Assembly: GCA_051362555.1 (NCBI GenBank)
Contig: CM120641.1
Coordinates: 39,500,401-39,564,400 of the forward strand
Direction of reading: 5' to 3'
Source of the DNA: Lingula anatina
Taxonomy: Eukaryota; Animalia; Brachiopoda
Length of the DNA: 64,000 bases
The notes beneath the pieces were generated by a model. It was not told where the DNA came from, did not search any database, and saw nothing but the letters and a program-made list of their open reading frames with translations. A program made the position numbers and the translations under genes. Below are positions 23,234 through 36,113 of this stretch, piece after piece. The first letter of the stretch is position 1; each line of letters starts with the position of its first letter.

Positions 23234-26200
23234 TCACCGTTTCCAGGTTTGGATTTCGTTGATTTCCCACTTCTGGTTTCCCAATGAGGCGTCACATGCT
23301 GCCATGACCAGCTTCATATTTTGCCCATCTGCCTGGACACACTGACCCCTTGTCTTGTGCCTTACCTGGTGAGTTGACTGAAATACAGACATGTACTGAT
23401 TAAAACTTTAGCATGCTGTATAAGAGACGGGGGCAAGAACAGAAAATGTTTACATTATCCAAGAAGAGCCTTATCCAGGCCTTCCCAACTACCAGACTCG
23501 GCACCTACGGGTCCAGTATAAACCGGTTTATCTGACCACACTACCCGTTTTCAAGGTGTGTGTCAGATCGCATAAAAGAGTATCAGCCACCACACCGATT
23601 TTACCTGGTGCGCGATGTGATGGCGATGATCCTAGTAATAGATAGACCCCGAGTCAGCGAGGGTTATGTGGCATGCACGAGTGCGAAGCACGAGTGGATG
23701 TCACATAACCCTCGCTGACGAGGGATCTATCTTATTTAGACCACAGGTCCATTAGCGGGTTATAACGCATTCATGCAAGACGTGCGGTTATGCGAGTTAC
23801 ACCACGTCTGAATCTTTTGTTCTTCATTTCCACCGTGGTCTAAAGCGGGGTTGGAAAGTAGTGCATCTCATCTACATTCATGCGCTGCTGCAATTTTCCC
23901 TGTTTATGCTAAAAATCTGACAATACCGCAATTTTTAACATAAAATTTAGGTTCGAACATAGCCAATGATCTGTCGGGGGTTAAATATTTTCTGGACGAG
24001 ATTCAGTGAGACGTCTGTCGCCATGTTGTCACTCGGAACTACACCAATGTCTCCGCACTCGACAATAGTATGGAGCTTGCGGAATGAGCCGAGGATTGCC
24101 GATTTCCATGTTGTTGTATTCATACGACTCCTACTTGAAGAAAACGAGGCGCGATACCCGGATGACAGGTAGGCTTACAAAATTTGTGATGGGGTATGAT
24201 ACTCTTTTATGCGATCTGACACACACCTTGAAAACGGGTAGTGTGGTCAGATAAACCGGTTTATACTGGACCCGTAGGTGCTGAGTCTGGTAGTTGGGAA
24301 GGCCTGTTATCCCTACCAAAATTTTACTGAAATGCCCCGCTGAACCATTTTATAAAAATTCTGCACATTGCTACAGTCTCTTTTCTTAAAAATGAGAATG
24401 ATCTGAAAATCGTATAACAATAAATCTGCCACTGTCAATAATATATTATTCAAACTCAACTTAAAGATACCCATGTAAAATATGGAGCAAACAATTATGC
24501 ACTGCTCATAGAATAATTCTGAAATAGTCCTACATAGTAACCTGTTGTGCAGAATAGAAAATATACCACAGCTTTGATCAAACTGGCCAAACACAATATT
24601 TCCTCAGTAAAATGTAACCCTTTACCAGAACATAAAGGTTTTACCTACCTCATCAAAATCCCAAGGTCCAGTTGGCATTACTGAGCAGAAGATAACTTTT
24701 GGCTGTCCACCAGACAGATCAATGCACCGCTCTCCTACTGCTAACTGACCTTTGGTATTCAGTCTAAACAGCTGAAATAAGAATCAAATTTTATTAGGAC
24801 ATCATTCAAAACTCTCTAATTTGGGTATTATGCTATGTAAACTATAAACACTACTGTATATCCTTTCAGTTTGGTTGCTCTCAGACAATCCAAATATTTA
24901 ACAATACAGTTTACAATATTCAATTCCATACCTGGTTTCCTCCAAAATGGTGGCACATACTGAGGCCCACAGTATTTCCCACTTGACCTCCCATAGTGTC
25001 CCAGCACAGGCGACCATTCTTTTCTTTAAACTGAGGAAAGAAATATGAAATTTTAATGATCAAACAAAAAAGAATTACAAGTATAAAGACTTTAACACAC
25101 ACTAAAAATGCCCTTTACAACTGCCACAATCCCAACCTAGCATTTCAACAATGACCAAATATTTTACATACATCTCATATATTTTAAACTGTTTGCTTTC
25201 ATTTTTCTTATCACTATCTAAACTTTAACTAATTGTAATGTAGTGTCACATGCTCCTAAAGACAGTCAATCCACTTCAATCATACTTTCTGAGACATTTT
25301 CACACTGTATTACTCACCTCACCCCACTTCTTGTTTGGTGGGGGTGGTGGGAAACGGTCATATATTTCATATGCAATATTATCCATAAACCACTTGAAAC
25401 TTTTACAATTGTGTTTTTTCTTAAACTCCAGCTGTTCAGAAATATTTCCAATTGGATATCCCCTGATGGTAGGCTCACGGGTGTAAAAATACTCCTTAAA
25501 TTCATCATCCAACCAAACTTCTACAACTCTCATATAATTCTGAAAGAAATGCAAAACAAAACTTTTTTTAATTATCACAAAAAGATACATATATGGTTTG
25601 TTTATATTCCTTCAATCTACTTCAAATCTTAAGTAAATAACAGATCAAACAAATAATTTTCCTAAAAGGTAGTTTTTGATTCACAGACAGGGAATCGTTT
25701 CGCTCCATTGAAAAATACTTACAAGTAAAACAACTGGAATCTTCACATCTATATTTCCAAATCCATATGGCATATGATTCCTGTAGACATGACCTACATG
25801 AGAACATGGCACCCATTCAATACTCCCACCACACTGCCAAATCTGGAAAGATATTGTACTTTATGTTAGTATCTATGCCTTAAAATACATTTATTGGTGT
25901 CCTGTACCATGCTAAGACTTCAAGAATTCACTCAAATGACTTATTTAAAAAATGTACTGTTGTGTAGAATTAAAGATTGTGTTCTCTTTGTACATTTTTG
26001 CATTTTTAGCCTAATTGACATTTTCACAAAAATTGATGAAAAACAGATTTAAAAATGATCACGCATTACCAACTATTTTCAAAAAACTTCAAATTTTCTT
26101 TAGTGGTTCAATTTAAGCATTTCACAATAAAAGCCTAGGTACATTCACCATAAAATGTTTTCTTGTGTAATATAAACGTCTTCAACCTCACCTTAAAAGA

Positions 26201-29200
26201 AAGTTCAAAGTTTTCCCCACCCCATATCATCATTCCTGGATCATAACCTCCTAATTCAAAGAAGTATTTTCTGTCCATTGCAAACAATCCACCTGCATGG
26301 GTTGGAGACCTGCAATGTAATTATCATTTCAAAAAACTAACAAGGCAGCAAAGCTGTCAAATGTACAGACAAAAAACAGAAAATAAAGATGCAAAAAAGG
26401 TCATTTTGACAATTTTGATGCAATAATAAATAATGCTTATAATAGCACTGTCAGTCAACACTGAATTTTAATCTTACACAACAGGTAACATGGTCAATAA
26501 CAGGAGCGGACCCAGAGATATTTTCTGACAGTATTACGAATCTATGTTGATCCATCCTCCATTTTGATGGTCTTCCAACAGAAAAAAATAGATACCAGTC
26601 AATATAAACTTAATAACCTGACTGTCTTCCGGAAGACCCAGAAGATGGTCTCAATCCACCCCTTCAATAAGATTACAGTTTCAGGACCATGAGAGTTCAA
26701 ATTCACATTATGAAAGTCTCAATATTTGAAAAATGATGAAAGTGCATAAAATAATATTACATAATGTTTAAAGACATAAAAAACAATACAACTGCTTATG
26801 TAGAAATACAGAAAATGTGCAGAGCCCCAGGCAGATGAGAGCCTGCCTGGGGCTAAAAGTCACAAATGCAAGTGTTTGAGAAAAAATTATAAAGGAAAAC
26901 AACAAAACTAGAAAAGCACTTTGAGAGTGCAGACCTCTGCCAAGGCAGCAATTGTTGATTATTATTGATAATTGATTGATTATTGATCCGGACCACCACC
27001 AAAAATTAATCATTGTCCTCTTTGGCCCACTTCCGACAGTTCCTGAAAATTTCTGCAAAATCAGTCCATAACTTTTTGTGTTATGTGGATGACAGACAAA
27101 CAGGGGTGAAAATATAACCTCCTTGGCAGAGCTTGAGGTAAATATAATTCCAATGAAGCTGCTATTCAAACTTTTAATCTTCCAGTTTGATATATATACA
27201 TATATATATATATATAAAAAACTTATTTGCAATATTAAACAAAATTTACCTGCATAATTATCACTGCTTCCTTATTATTAATCTAGCAGAGAGCTTTACC
27301 TTTGGGAGTTTACAGGGAAATATCAACAAGTGTGCTTTACGTAATCTCATTTAATGGCCTATTAAAGCAAATGACTTTATAACTCTGACATTAATCTAGT
27401 GATACCCAAGGGTAATTTACAGACTGACCCACTCAAAGGTCTTCAGGCCCATAAGTCACACCTTAAGAAAAGCACAAAACCATAATGCCCAAAATAGGAG
27501 ACTACCAATCCTGATGCAATAATACATTATGTCAACATCAACTTATGCACAACAGGTAACACAGACGAAAGTAAAAGCATAAGGCTTCAGGCCCATCAGA
27601 GTTCAAGTTTATACTTAGAAAGTGCCAGAATGAGAAAAATGAAAATTTCACAAAAAATGCATAAATACAATAAACATGATAATCCAATAGAGCTGGTTTT
27701 CTCATGAGCTGAAGGCCAATCCTAAAAATCGTACTTGTAAGTTTAAAATTATAATAAGTAGCACAGTTTTCTTTTCATAATGTTTGCAGTAGCAGTGCAA
27801 AAAGATTGTCAATTTTGATGTAACATTACATAATAAATTAGAGAATAATTATCATCAATTTTTGTTTATTGACTATAAATAGGATGGACATGTAGAAAAT
27901 ATGATTACCATTTGGCTTCATGTCCATGGGAGCTCCGAGTCCCACAATGAATATGCCAAAAAAGATAATGAATATAACACTAAAATGTATAGCTTCCAGA
28001 AAAAGAAGCCAATTAGACTGCTTTTCTAACTCAGGCTGCATTTTAGTCCTGTGTTTCTTTTTTGAAAGTTTGACAGTTATAAGTAACACGGTTTTTCCAT
28101 AATGGTCATCAAGGCAGCAGCATCAAAAATTGTTTTCTTCTATTTTGATGCAACATTACATAATGCTTAACAGCATAATGACCATCGATTTTTAATAATA
28201 AAATATAAGTGTCATGGATTTTCACAAAATGTGACTAGCACGGGTCTTCAAGCCCGTGGAGGTTCTAAGTCACACCTTGGAAATGCCAATATGTGAAAAA
28301 TTAAATTTTCACAAAAAACTGTTTAATTGCCAGAAAAATTTACCAAACAGACTGCATTGCCTACTGAAGCTGTATTTTAGACCCACATTTCTTTCCTGTA
28401 AGTTTGAGAACAGTAATTGACATGATTTTTGTTAAATGGTCATCATGGGAGCAGTGCCCAAAAAAGGGGTTTCTTCAAATTTTGATGCAACATTACATAA
28501 TGTTTAACAGCATAATGACCATCAATTTTTAATTATAAAATATTAGTATCATGGATATTCAGGAAATGTGACAAGCAAAGGTCTTCAGGATCATGGAACT
28601 TCAAAGTCACACCTTGAAAATGCCAATAAGTGAAAAATTAAATTTTCACAAAAAACTGTTTAATTGCCAGAAAAATTTACCAAACAGACTGCATTGCCTA
28701 CTGGAGCTGTATTTTAGTCCCATGTTTCTTTCCTGTAAGTTTGAGAACAGTAAGTGACATGATTTTCCTTAAATGGTCATCATGGGAGCAGTGCCCAAAA
28801 TAGGGGTTTCTTAAAATTTTCATGCAATATTACATAATGTTTTACTGCATAATGACCATCAATTTTTAATTATAAAATATTAGTATCATGGTTATTCAGA
28901 AAATGTGACTAGCAAAAGCCTTCAGGCCCATGGAACTTCAAAGTCACATATTGAAAATGCCAAAATGTAAACAATACAGCACTGTTCTGAAATGGGTTTA
29001 TTTCCATTTTTAACACTTTTTAAACATAAAACAACATAAACAGTTTACTGCCATTTTTATATGACCAATGAAGAAAATTGATGAGATGGGAAAAGTATCA
29101 ATAGAACAGTTTTAAATGTCCAACTTCCTCCATTCTGAGATTCTGAACATAGTGGATGAATACATCTGACAAACTGCAATGATATGAGTTTATTTCCATT

Positions 29201-32133
29201 TTTGACACTTTATTACACAATACATGATAACAAGTTTACCATCATTTTTACAAAATCAACTAACAATGTTGTAAAGATGCAGGAAATGCCAAACAAACAC
29301 ATTTACGTATCTTATTAGTTCAATAATGAGACTGTTAACATGCCTAAGAATTGAATGTGAGGAAATGTGAAAAAACAGCATTACCTTTTAAAATAATGGA
29401 CTGATTACGCTGATTTTCAAACTCAACCTGCGTTTTAGTAAGATTGGCCCCTCCTGTGAGTATAATGACAATTGGCCAATCTGTTTTTCTTATATTGTGT
29501 TATCAGTGTTGCATATATACTGAAAAAAGTGAAAAAAAAACAGCATAAATTCCCTATAAGTGACCCGATCGTGCTGATTTTCGAACTTGACCTGCGTATT
29601 ATGAATATTTATCAGTTCTGTAAGTTTCAAGCCAAAGGGTAAAACAGCTCTTCATTTATTGTGTTATCAGTGTTGCAAAAATGCTGAAAAAAAGTGAAAA
29701 AATAGCCTAAATTCACTAAAAATGACCCAATCATGCTGATTTTCGAACTTGACCTGCGTATTATGAATATTCATCAGTTCTGTAGGTTTCAAGCCAAAAG
29801 GTCAAATGGTTTTCCATTTATGGTGTTATCCGTGCTGCATATATGCTGAAAAAAGAGAAAAAATAGCCTAAATTCACTAAAAATGACCCAATCACGCTGA
29901 TTTTCGAACTTGACCTGCATATTATGTATATTCATCAGTTCTGTAAGTTTAAAGCCAAAAGGTAAAATGGTTTTCCACTTATTGTGTTATCGGTGCTGCA
30001 TATATGCTGAAAAAAGTGAAAAAACAGCATAAATTCCCTATAAGTGACCCGATCATGCTGATTTTCGAACTCGACCTGCGTATTATGAATATTCATCAGT
30101 TCTGTAAGTTTCAAGCCAAAAGGTACAATGGTTTTCCACTTATCGTGTTATCGGTGCTGCATATATGTTGAAAAAAGTGAAAAAACAGCATAAATTCCCT
30201 AAGAGTGACCCGATCATGCTGATTTTCGAACTTGACCTGCGTATTATGAATATTCATCAGTTCTGCAAGTTTCAAATCAAAAGGCAAAATGGTTTTCCAC
30301 TTATCGTGTTATCGGTAAAAGTGCACGGCGACGGCGACGGCGACAGCGACGACGGCGACGACAGACGCAGATGATGGCTATATGTACAGACACATCTGTG
30401 TCTGTACATAAAAATTAAGTTAATGTTTTCTTGTTAATGACAATGAAGAAACAATACCTGTCAGACTGTTTCCTTTACAGAGCATAGCGTTTGTTTTTTT
30501 TTTTTTCTAAATGGTCTGCTTGAATACTTTGTACCAAAAATGCTCCTTGTAAAGCATGTCTAATTACTGACTATTCAAAACTATTTTTTGACAAAATGGC
30601 AAAAAGTTGGCAATTTTTTCCTACCTATAAGGTTCACTGGAATGCTCTCTTCGAGCAAGTTCTTTATCAGGAACTTTTGATTCTTTATATAAAAATCCCC
30701 ATTCAAATATTCCTCTATGGTCCCCAGAACTGCCATAAACAGAGTGATAGCGGAAATTATTCCAATCTATGCCATCAACTATAGGTACAGCCATTATTGT
30801 TCTGAAATAAAGAAAAAGTGACAGCTGCTGAAGTTGTTTGCTAATGTTCAACATATTTCACATCCATCTTTAGCAAATTTGATTTGTCAAATAAACATTC
30901 AGCAAATATAAGTCCAAGTTTTAGAGTGTCAATGATGACTATATTACCTCAAAAATCAGGCACACTGACATAGGGTTGAATTTCTTAAACTCTCAAACTG
31001 GGATATGCCGCAAGTAAATATATCTAAACTTTATATCTTGTGATATTTACGAGTAGTTAGGTTCATTACTTAACAGAGGAAGAGCCCCATTTTCCTAAAT
31101 AGATAAAGGCCATTTCTCTAAAGTATCACTGAGATTTTGGATTTGAAAAACATTTGCAAAAGAATAGTGTTCTTTTTCCTGATATTTACTGACCTGTCAT
31201 ATGCTATTCTGGCCAATAGAGGGACAAGCCAGTTTTTATTACATTCACAATGTGCATCCAGAAACACTATAACATCTCCTTTAGAATACTTTGCTCCTAA
31301 AGTACGAGTGCGAATGAGACCTTCTCGCTTGGAATTTCTATACAATTTGACTTTATCTCTAAAATTTTTCAGAAGGTAATCCTCCAGTTTTCCTTGCAGA
31401 TGCTCTGAAATTGACAAAGTTGTAATTTCTTCAATCATTCTAGAAGCCTTAATAAGTCATGTCCATTAGGGTTCACTTGATTTTAGATGTCAACACTTCA
31501 AATTGATATAATATGGAAGTAATATAATGTTTACGTATGAAGACTTAGCACAGTTGTTATGTAATTTAAATTTTTTCAATGCTTGCATCAAAGTCTATAT
31601 CAAAGAAACAACTTTGGTAGAGATATTCTACACTCTTATTAAATCTTAAATAGACTATGATCCCATTTGGAAATTCATATTGAAAAAGTCCTAACCATTT
31701 TTTTTCAATCAATAATATTCCATACCACAGCAGATGTTAAGAACAAGCAATAAAGCCATAGCATAACTCACATTTACACAGAGCACTCATAAATGTGAGT
31801 TGCACCAGGAATGGGTCCATTGTTGTAGACAACCACCGTAGCGCAAGTCAAATAACACGACATGTCAGCCAGACGTGGTCAGCACCCACGTGTGCCACAT
31901 ACACCTTACCGACTTGTGATGTGTCTAATTACACCTACCTTTGTCACTGAAGTCATCCACCATGACCACTTCCCGCAGCAGATGAGGGGGACTAGTGTTG
32001 ATGACACTGTGAACTGTTCTCACTAGAGTACTGAAGCCCTCATTGTGAAAAACCAAGATGACACTGGCAGTGGGCAACTTCTCAGGATACTGCCAGTACT
32101 TACACCTGAACAGAAATTTAATTACTTTTTTTA

Positions 32134-32170
<37 letters not shown>

Positions 32171-33782
32171 GGTCCAATCACAATGACTTATTTCAGTAAA
32201 TGCAAGGTTGCCAACTTACAAATACTAAAATAAACTGTCATTGTTTTCAATAAGTGTTATTTTATTCTTTATAACATGCCAAACACTTGCTCATTCAGAG
32301 TACTGTAATGTGAGCAATCTTGTTTGATGAGCAGCTTTAGTCGGAAATCAGCAAATCTAGTGCCCCTCTATACACGTGGTTATATTATATGATCACTTGA
32401 ATGTTGAATGATTTGGGTCATTCCTTACATAAAGCACTTTTTTAGGGTTTGCGCCTTACTTATATGTATCAATGTGCCAACATACCATGTGTAGGATAAA
32501 TGAAGGTTTTCGCATCATACAAAACTTAAACATGCAAAAGACTTGAGCTGGAGAAAGGTAAATACATGGAAAAATCAAAACTTACTCATCTGGTCTTGTA
32601 TCTGGGATGTTTCTATCCATGGCAATCTTATCACTTGCAATCATATTGAAACCAAACTCTCTGATTGCTCTGTCAGCCGCTGTTTTTTCAGACATGCTCA
32701 CATATACAGGTTCCCCCATCTCTCCTGCAATTATAGGATATTATGTCACTCTAGAACATATTTTACCAGTTTATATGAGTTAGGTAAACATGCACTGGAA
32801 ATATACTTAATACATTTTGTATGTCTTTTTACAGGAGTACACTATTCTTTATCATGTACATCGCAAGTTGATTGACTGTTGCTCCAACTGAGGAATGGTA
32901 GAATTCTCAGTTATACGAACATGGGTATTCTTAAAAGATACATAATCACCTTAATTAAACTGGTTTAAGGTTTTCTTTAATTTGGTACATGCTTCAAAAG
33001 CTGCTGTTTTCTGAACAAGCAATGGCATTTTGAGAAAATAATGAAGTAGGTGACCTTAAAACAATCAGTTGGTTAACAAAAAATTAGAAATAAGTATCCA
33101 AATGTTAAACATTCTTCAGTTTTTTACTCCTTATTTCGTACCTGGTCCAGTCTTTGGCCTAGTTTCAGGTTCAAAGTTGCCCATGGTTCCTGGTCTAAGT
33201 GTTGCCTGTGGCCCATACTCTTTGGGTTTCTCTTGCTCTTGTTCTTCATTGTGCAAAGCTTCTTCTTTTTCATCTCTCTGGTTCATATGCTGGACATTAC
33301 CAGGATGGTCAACTACTTCTTCTATCTCATCAGCTTCACGGCGACCAGGCTGCTGTCCTTCAAACTCAATTTTCTTCCGTGCTTGCCCTTCGGGAGGATG
33401 GAGAACAGAATCTCCATGTTTGCTCTAAAGTTAATAAAGATAATTTTTTTAAGCAAGTAATAAATTATAAGGAATTAATGAATCATCTTTTCAAAATATT
33501 GGGTTACTCATCAATTACGTATTTGTTCCATTTCACTAATGAGTGTGCTGAATTTTTACAACATATTTAGTTATTTCATATTATATTTATTCTAGCAAAA
33601 TATAAATTCTAAAATCCCTTTTATATAATCCTATCATTTTTCAGATTTACCTTGCCCAAATCCTTCTTCCTTACTGCATGGCTCTCTTTGGAATCCAAGT
33701 GTGATAGAAGAATAGGTCCAACAAACACCAATGTAATGACTACTGCTCCAATCTTCAGTAAAAACTTGGGAGTCAACCTCAT
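23234..33782 (-). CDS. GALNT7: Polypeptide N-acetylgalactosaminyltransferase 7-like, 12 coding exons
   Basis: Exons (minus): 33782-33651 ([22 protein letters not shown] signal anchor); 33424-33142 ([16 protein letters not shown]7-like stem); ~32724-32587 ([15 protein letters not shown]); ~32105-31940 ([10 protein letters not shown]...VDDFS); ~31344-31193 or longer (FLDAHCEC, DxH motif); ~30801-30625; 26309-26192 (SPTHAGGLF...[10 protein letters not shown]); ~25842-25721 ([10 protein letters not shown]); ~25539-25318; ricin-lectin exons ~25031-24931, ~24772-24648, ~23377-23234 (NQKW...TGA). Confidence 0.95.
23476..24306. mobile_element. Non-autonomous DNA transposon (831 bp) with 110-bp TIRs and 5-bp TSD, in the last GALNT7 intron
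   Basis: TIRs 23476-23585 and 24197-24306 (CAGGCCTTCCCAAC..., one mismatch seen). TTATC flanks both ends (23471-23475, 24307-24311). No transposase ORF. Confidence 0.9.
26339..30414 (-). mobile_element. Helentron/HINE-like composite element, copy 2 (~4.1 kb, no LTR insertion), in a GALNT7 intron
   Basis: Reverse complement of copy 1: head hairpin at 30381-30410, GAC/GGC microsatellite, five to six ~160-bp units (~29500-30315), extra ~340-bp units (27812, 28142, 28480, 28818), nested mini-element at 26905-27142, tail AACAAGGCAGCAAAGCTGTCAAATGTACAGACA at 26339. Confidence 0.87.
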
Positions 33783-35544
33783 GTTTACTACCTTGGTCCA
33801 AAAAGTCCAAAATGAATGCCTGCAACAACCCTAACAAAAAGATATTATCCATTTATATATTCCAGTGTTTTGCTTTTTTTTTTGTTTTCAGTTTGAATGC
33901 AGTTACTTCAATATAACAAATTGTTAGTGTGTAAGCATGCACAAGGCAAATGTTTATACAATACTTTTTTACTTGGTATGTATATTATTTAAGCTAACAA
34001 GAAAGGAGACAACTAATACATTTACCAGGTTTTGCTTGGTGTACCATTTCGGTTTGAAATATGTGATTATATAAATATTTTCAAAATCTGTTATATTTAT
34101 GACTTTTGCTGACTGTAAGATAAAATACCATGGATCTGTATAAAAATGAGCCAGTGTTACTAATGTATGCAATGGAACCGATGTTCTTGTGTGCAGAACA
34201 TCTGAAATAAGAAGTCACAGGTCAAACAAATACTCACTGTGTTTTCTGTTCTCTTTCACACCTCAAATCCAGTTGACACACCCCTTTACCTTTTTGTACC
34301 TGTGGATAATAATTAGAATAAACAGTTATTTAACAGCATTTATTTCATATATTCACAATACATATATAGTTCTATTTTAGTCAAAAGTACAATCTCCTCT
34401 TTTTCTAATGAAACCTCATTCCAATGAACATTATTTATTTGGAGGCCCTTTTTGCTCTTCGTGTGCCTCTAAAATGCAACTTAGGATTTCACAATGCCAA
34501 CTTAAATATGCAATTAGTTACTCTCAAATTAGTTGACAGACACCACCAACCTCTGGACATCACATAGCTCTGGGCAAACCAACTTAAACAATTAGATTGC
34601 AAAGTATAACATCATTCTCCACACATTTTTTTTTTTTCATTTTTGTTGCTGGGGGAGGGGGTGGGACACATAATATTAAATCTGTTCATCATCATTCTAA
34701 CCAACAAAATCAGTGACATTGTTCAAAGAGGATGTGGTTAGATAACCCCAGCTGTCACAGCCCAGATTGAACTGGTGTGATTTTTAAAGTACAATTGGAA
34801 TAAATTGCCACACTTTGCTCTAGTATCAGCCAATGCCAATCAGAATATTTAAAAATGTTCTCCTTATAAAATGTTGATTTATTCATTCAGTCACTAAAAA
34901 TTGTGGTCTGCTGTTATTTATCTGTATATGTCAATCTATGTCATATTTATGGAAATAGTCACAGATCTCATGAGGCAAAGTACAGTAAGACATACTAGTA
35001 CATATGTACTAGTAAGTGTAACTCGATCTTGACTTGCCAGTCTTATTTTGGTTTCTTCAATGAATGAGCATTTGGTAAGTTGGAGGGGGGGGGGGGGGTA
35101 AAGCAAGATATACCGTCCAGCTAAAATGCATTAAATAACATACCTAATTTGTGAACAAGACAATATTGTTGCTCGATCTTCAAACAATTATAATTATATA
35201 GTTCATGCAGCACCACAATCTCTCCAAAATGGACGCACATAACCTAATACCAACACTTTAATGATGCACTAATATGATGAAGAATTGTTATTATATAGCA
35301 TCATATATTATTTGTTGCTGATGATGGTACCTTTAATTTCACAGACCACCTGAATTTATGGTCAGAGCGTAATTAAAAGCTTTTCCTTGAACAATTTATT
35401 TGACAACCAATGCTGTAATGCAGTCAACTCCTAATCTTAAATTATACATAACCTTACCTGTTTTCATAATATGTTCATTCTGCACAGATCATAGTCCAGG
35501 CTCAGTTTACGGAGTTTACAAAACATGCACACATTACTGGAGTG

Positions 35545-35565
35545 ACAACATGGCCCGGAAGTGGA
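35545..35565 (-). promoter_or_regulatory. Putative GALNT7 core promoter motifs (ETS CCGGAAGT next to YY1-like AACATGGC)
   Basis: CCGGAAGT at 35555-35562, just upstream of a minus-strand donor (CAG|GTAAGG at 35458/35457). A probable 5' UTR exon lies at 34299-34238. Confidence 0.45.
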
Positions 35566-36113
35566 TTTTAGCACGAGAGGGCAGAACACGCCAAGACAAG
35601 ACAATGTCGTCTTTTCCTTATCATGAAAAATCTCCCAGACGTCGAGACCTGTATAGGTACTCGAGCGAATAATCTCAGTACAGGCTCGACAGATGCATTT
35701 CATTTCATTTTTTGTTTATTTTAGACGCTTATGGTGTTTAAAAGACATAACAGCTAAAATTTAAACAAGCTAAGCATAGCAAATTTTAAGGTCGGCCTTT
35801 TTTGTCAAATCTACAGTGAATAAAACAACATCAGTAACTATTTCCTTTGGTCAATTGTAAATTTTCCCATATATCAATCCAATACCCAATATATTTTTGA
35901 ATTTTCAGAAAAAGGGTCGTGAAAAATATTTCCTTAAAATAAGAGCCAGACGCGCTTGTAAACAAACTTTTCAAATTGTTCTACCGGTACGTACTGTAGG
36001 TCCGTCCTCTTTTTATCATATAAAAAAAAAACAACAAGAAGGGCTTATTTATAAAGTTCCCATGTATCCCAGGGGCGAATACAGAGATATTTTCTGACAG
36101 TCTTCCTTACCAC

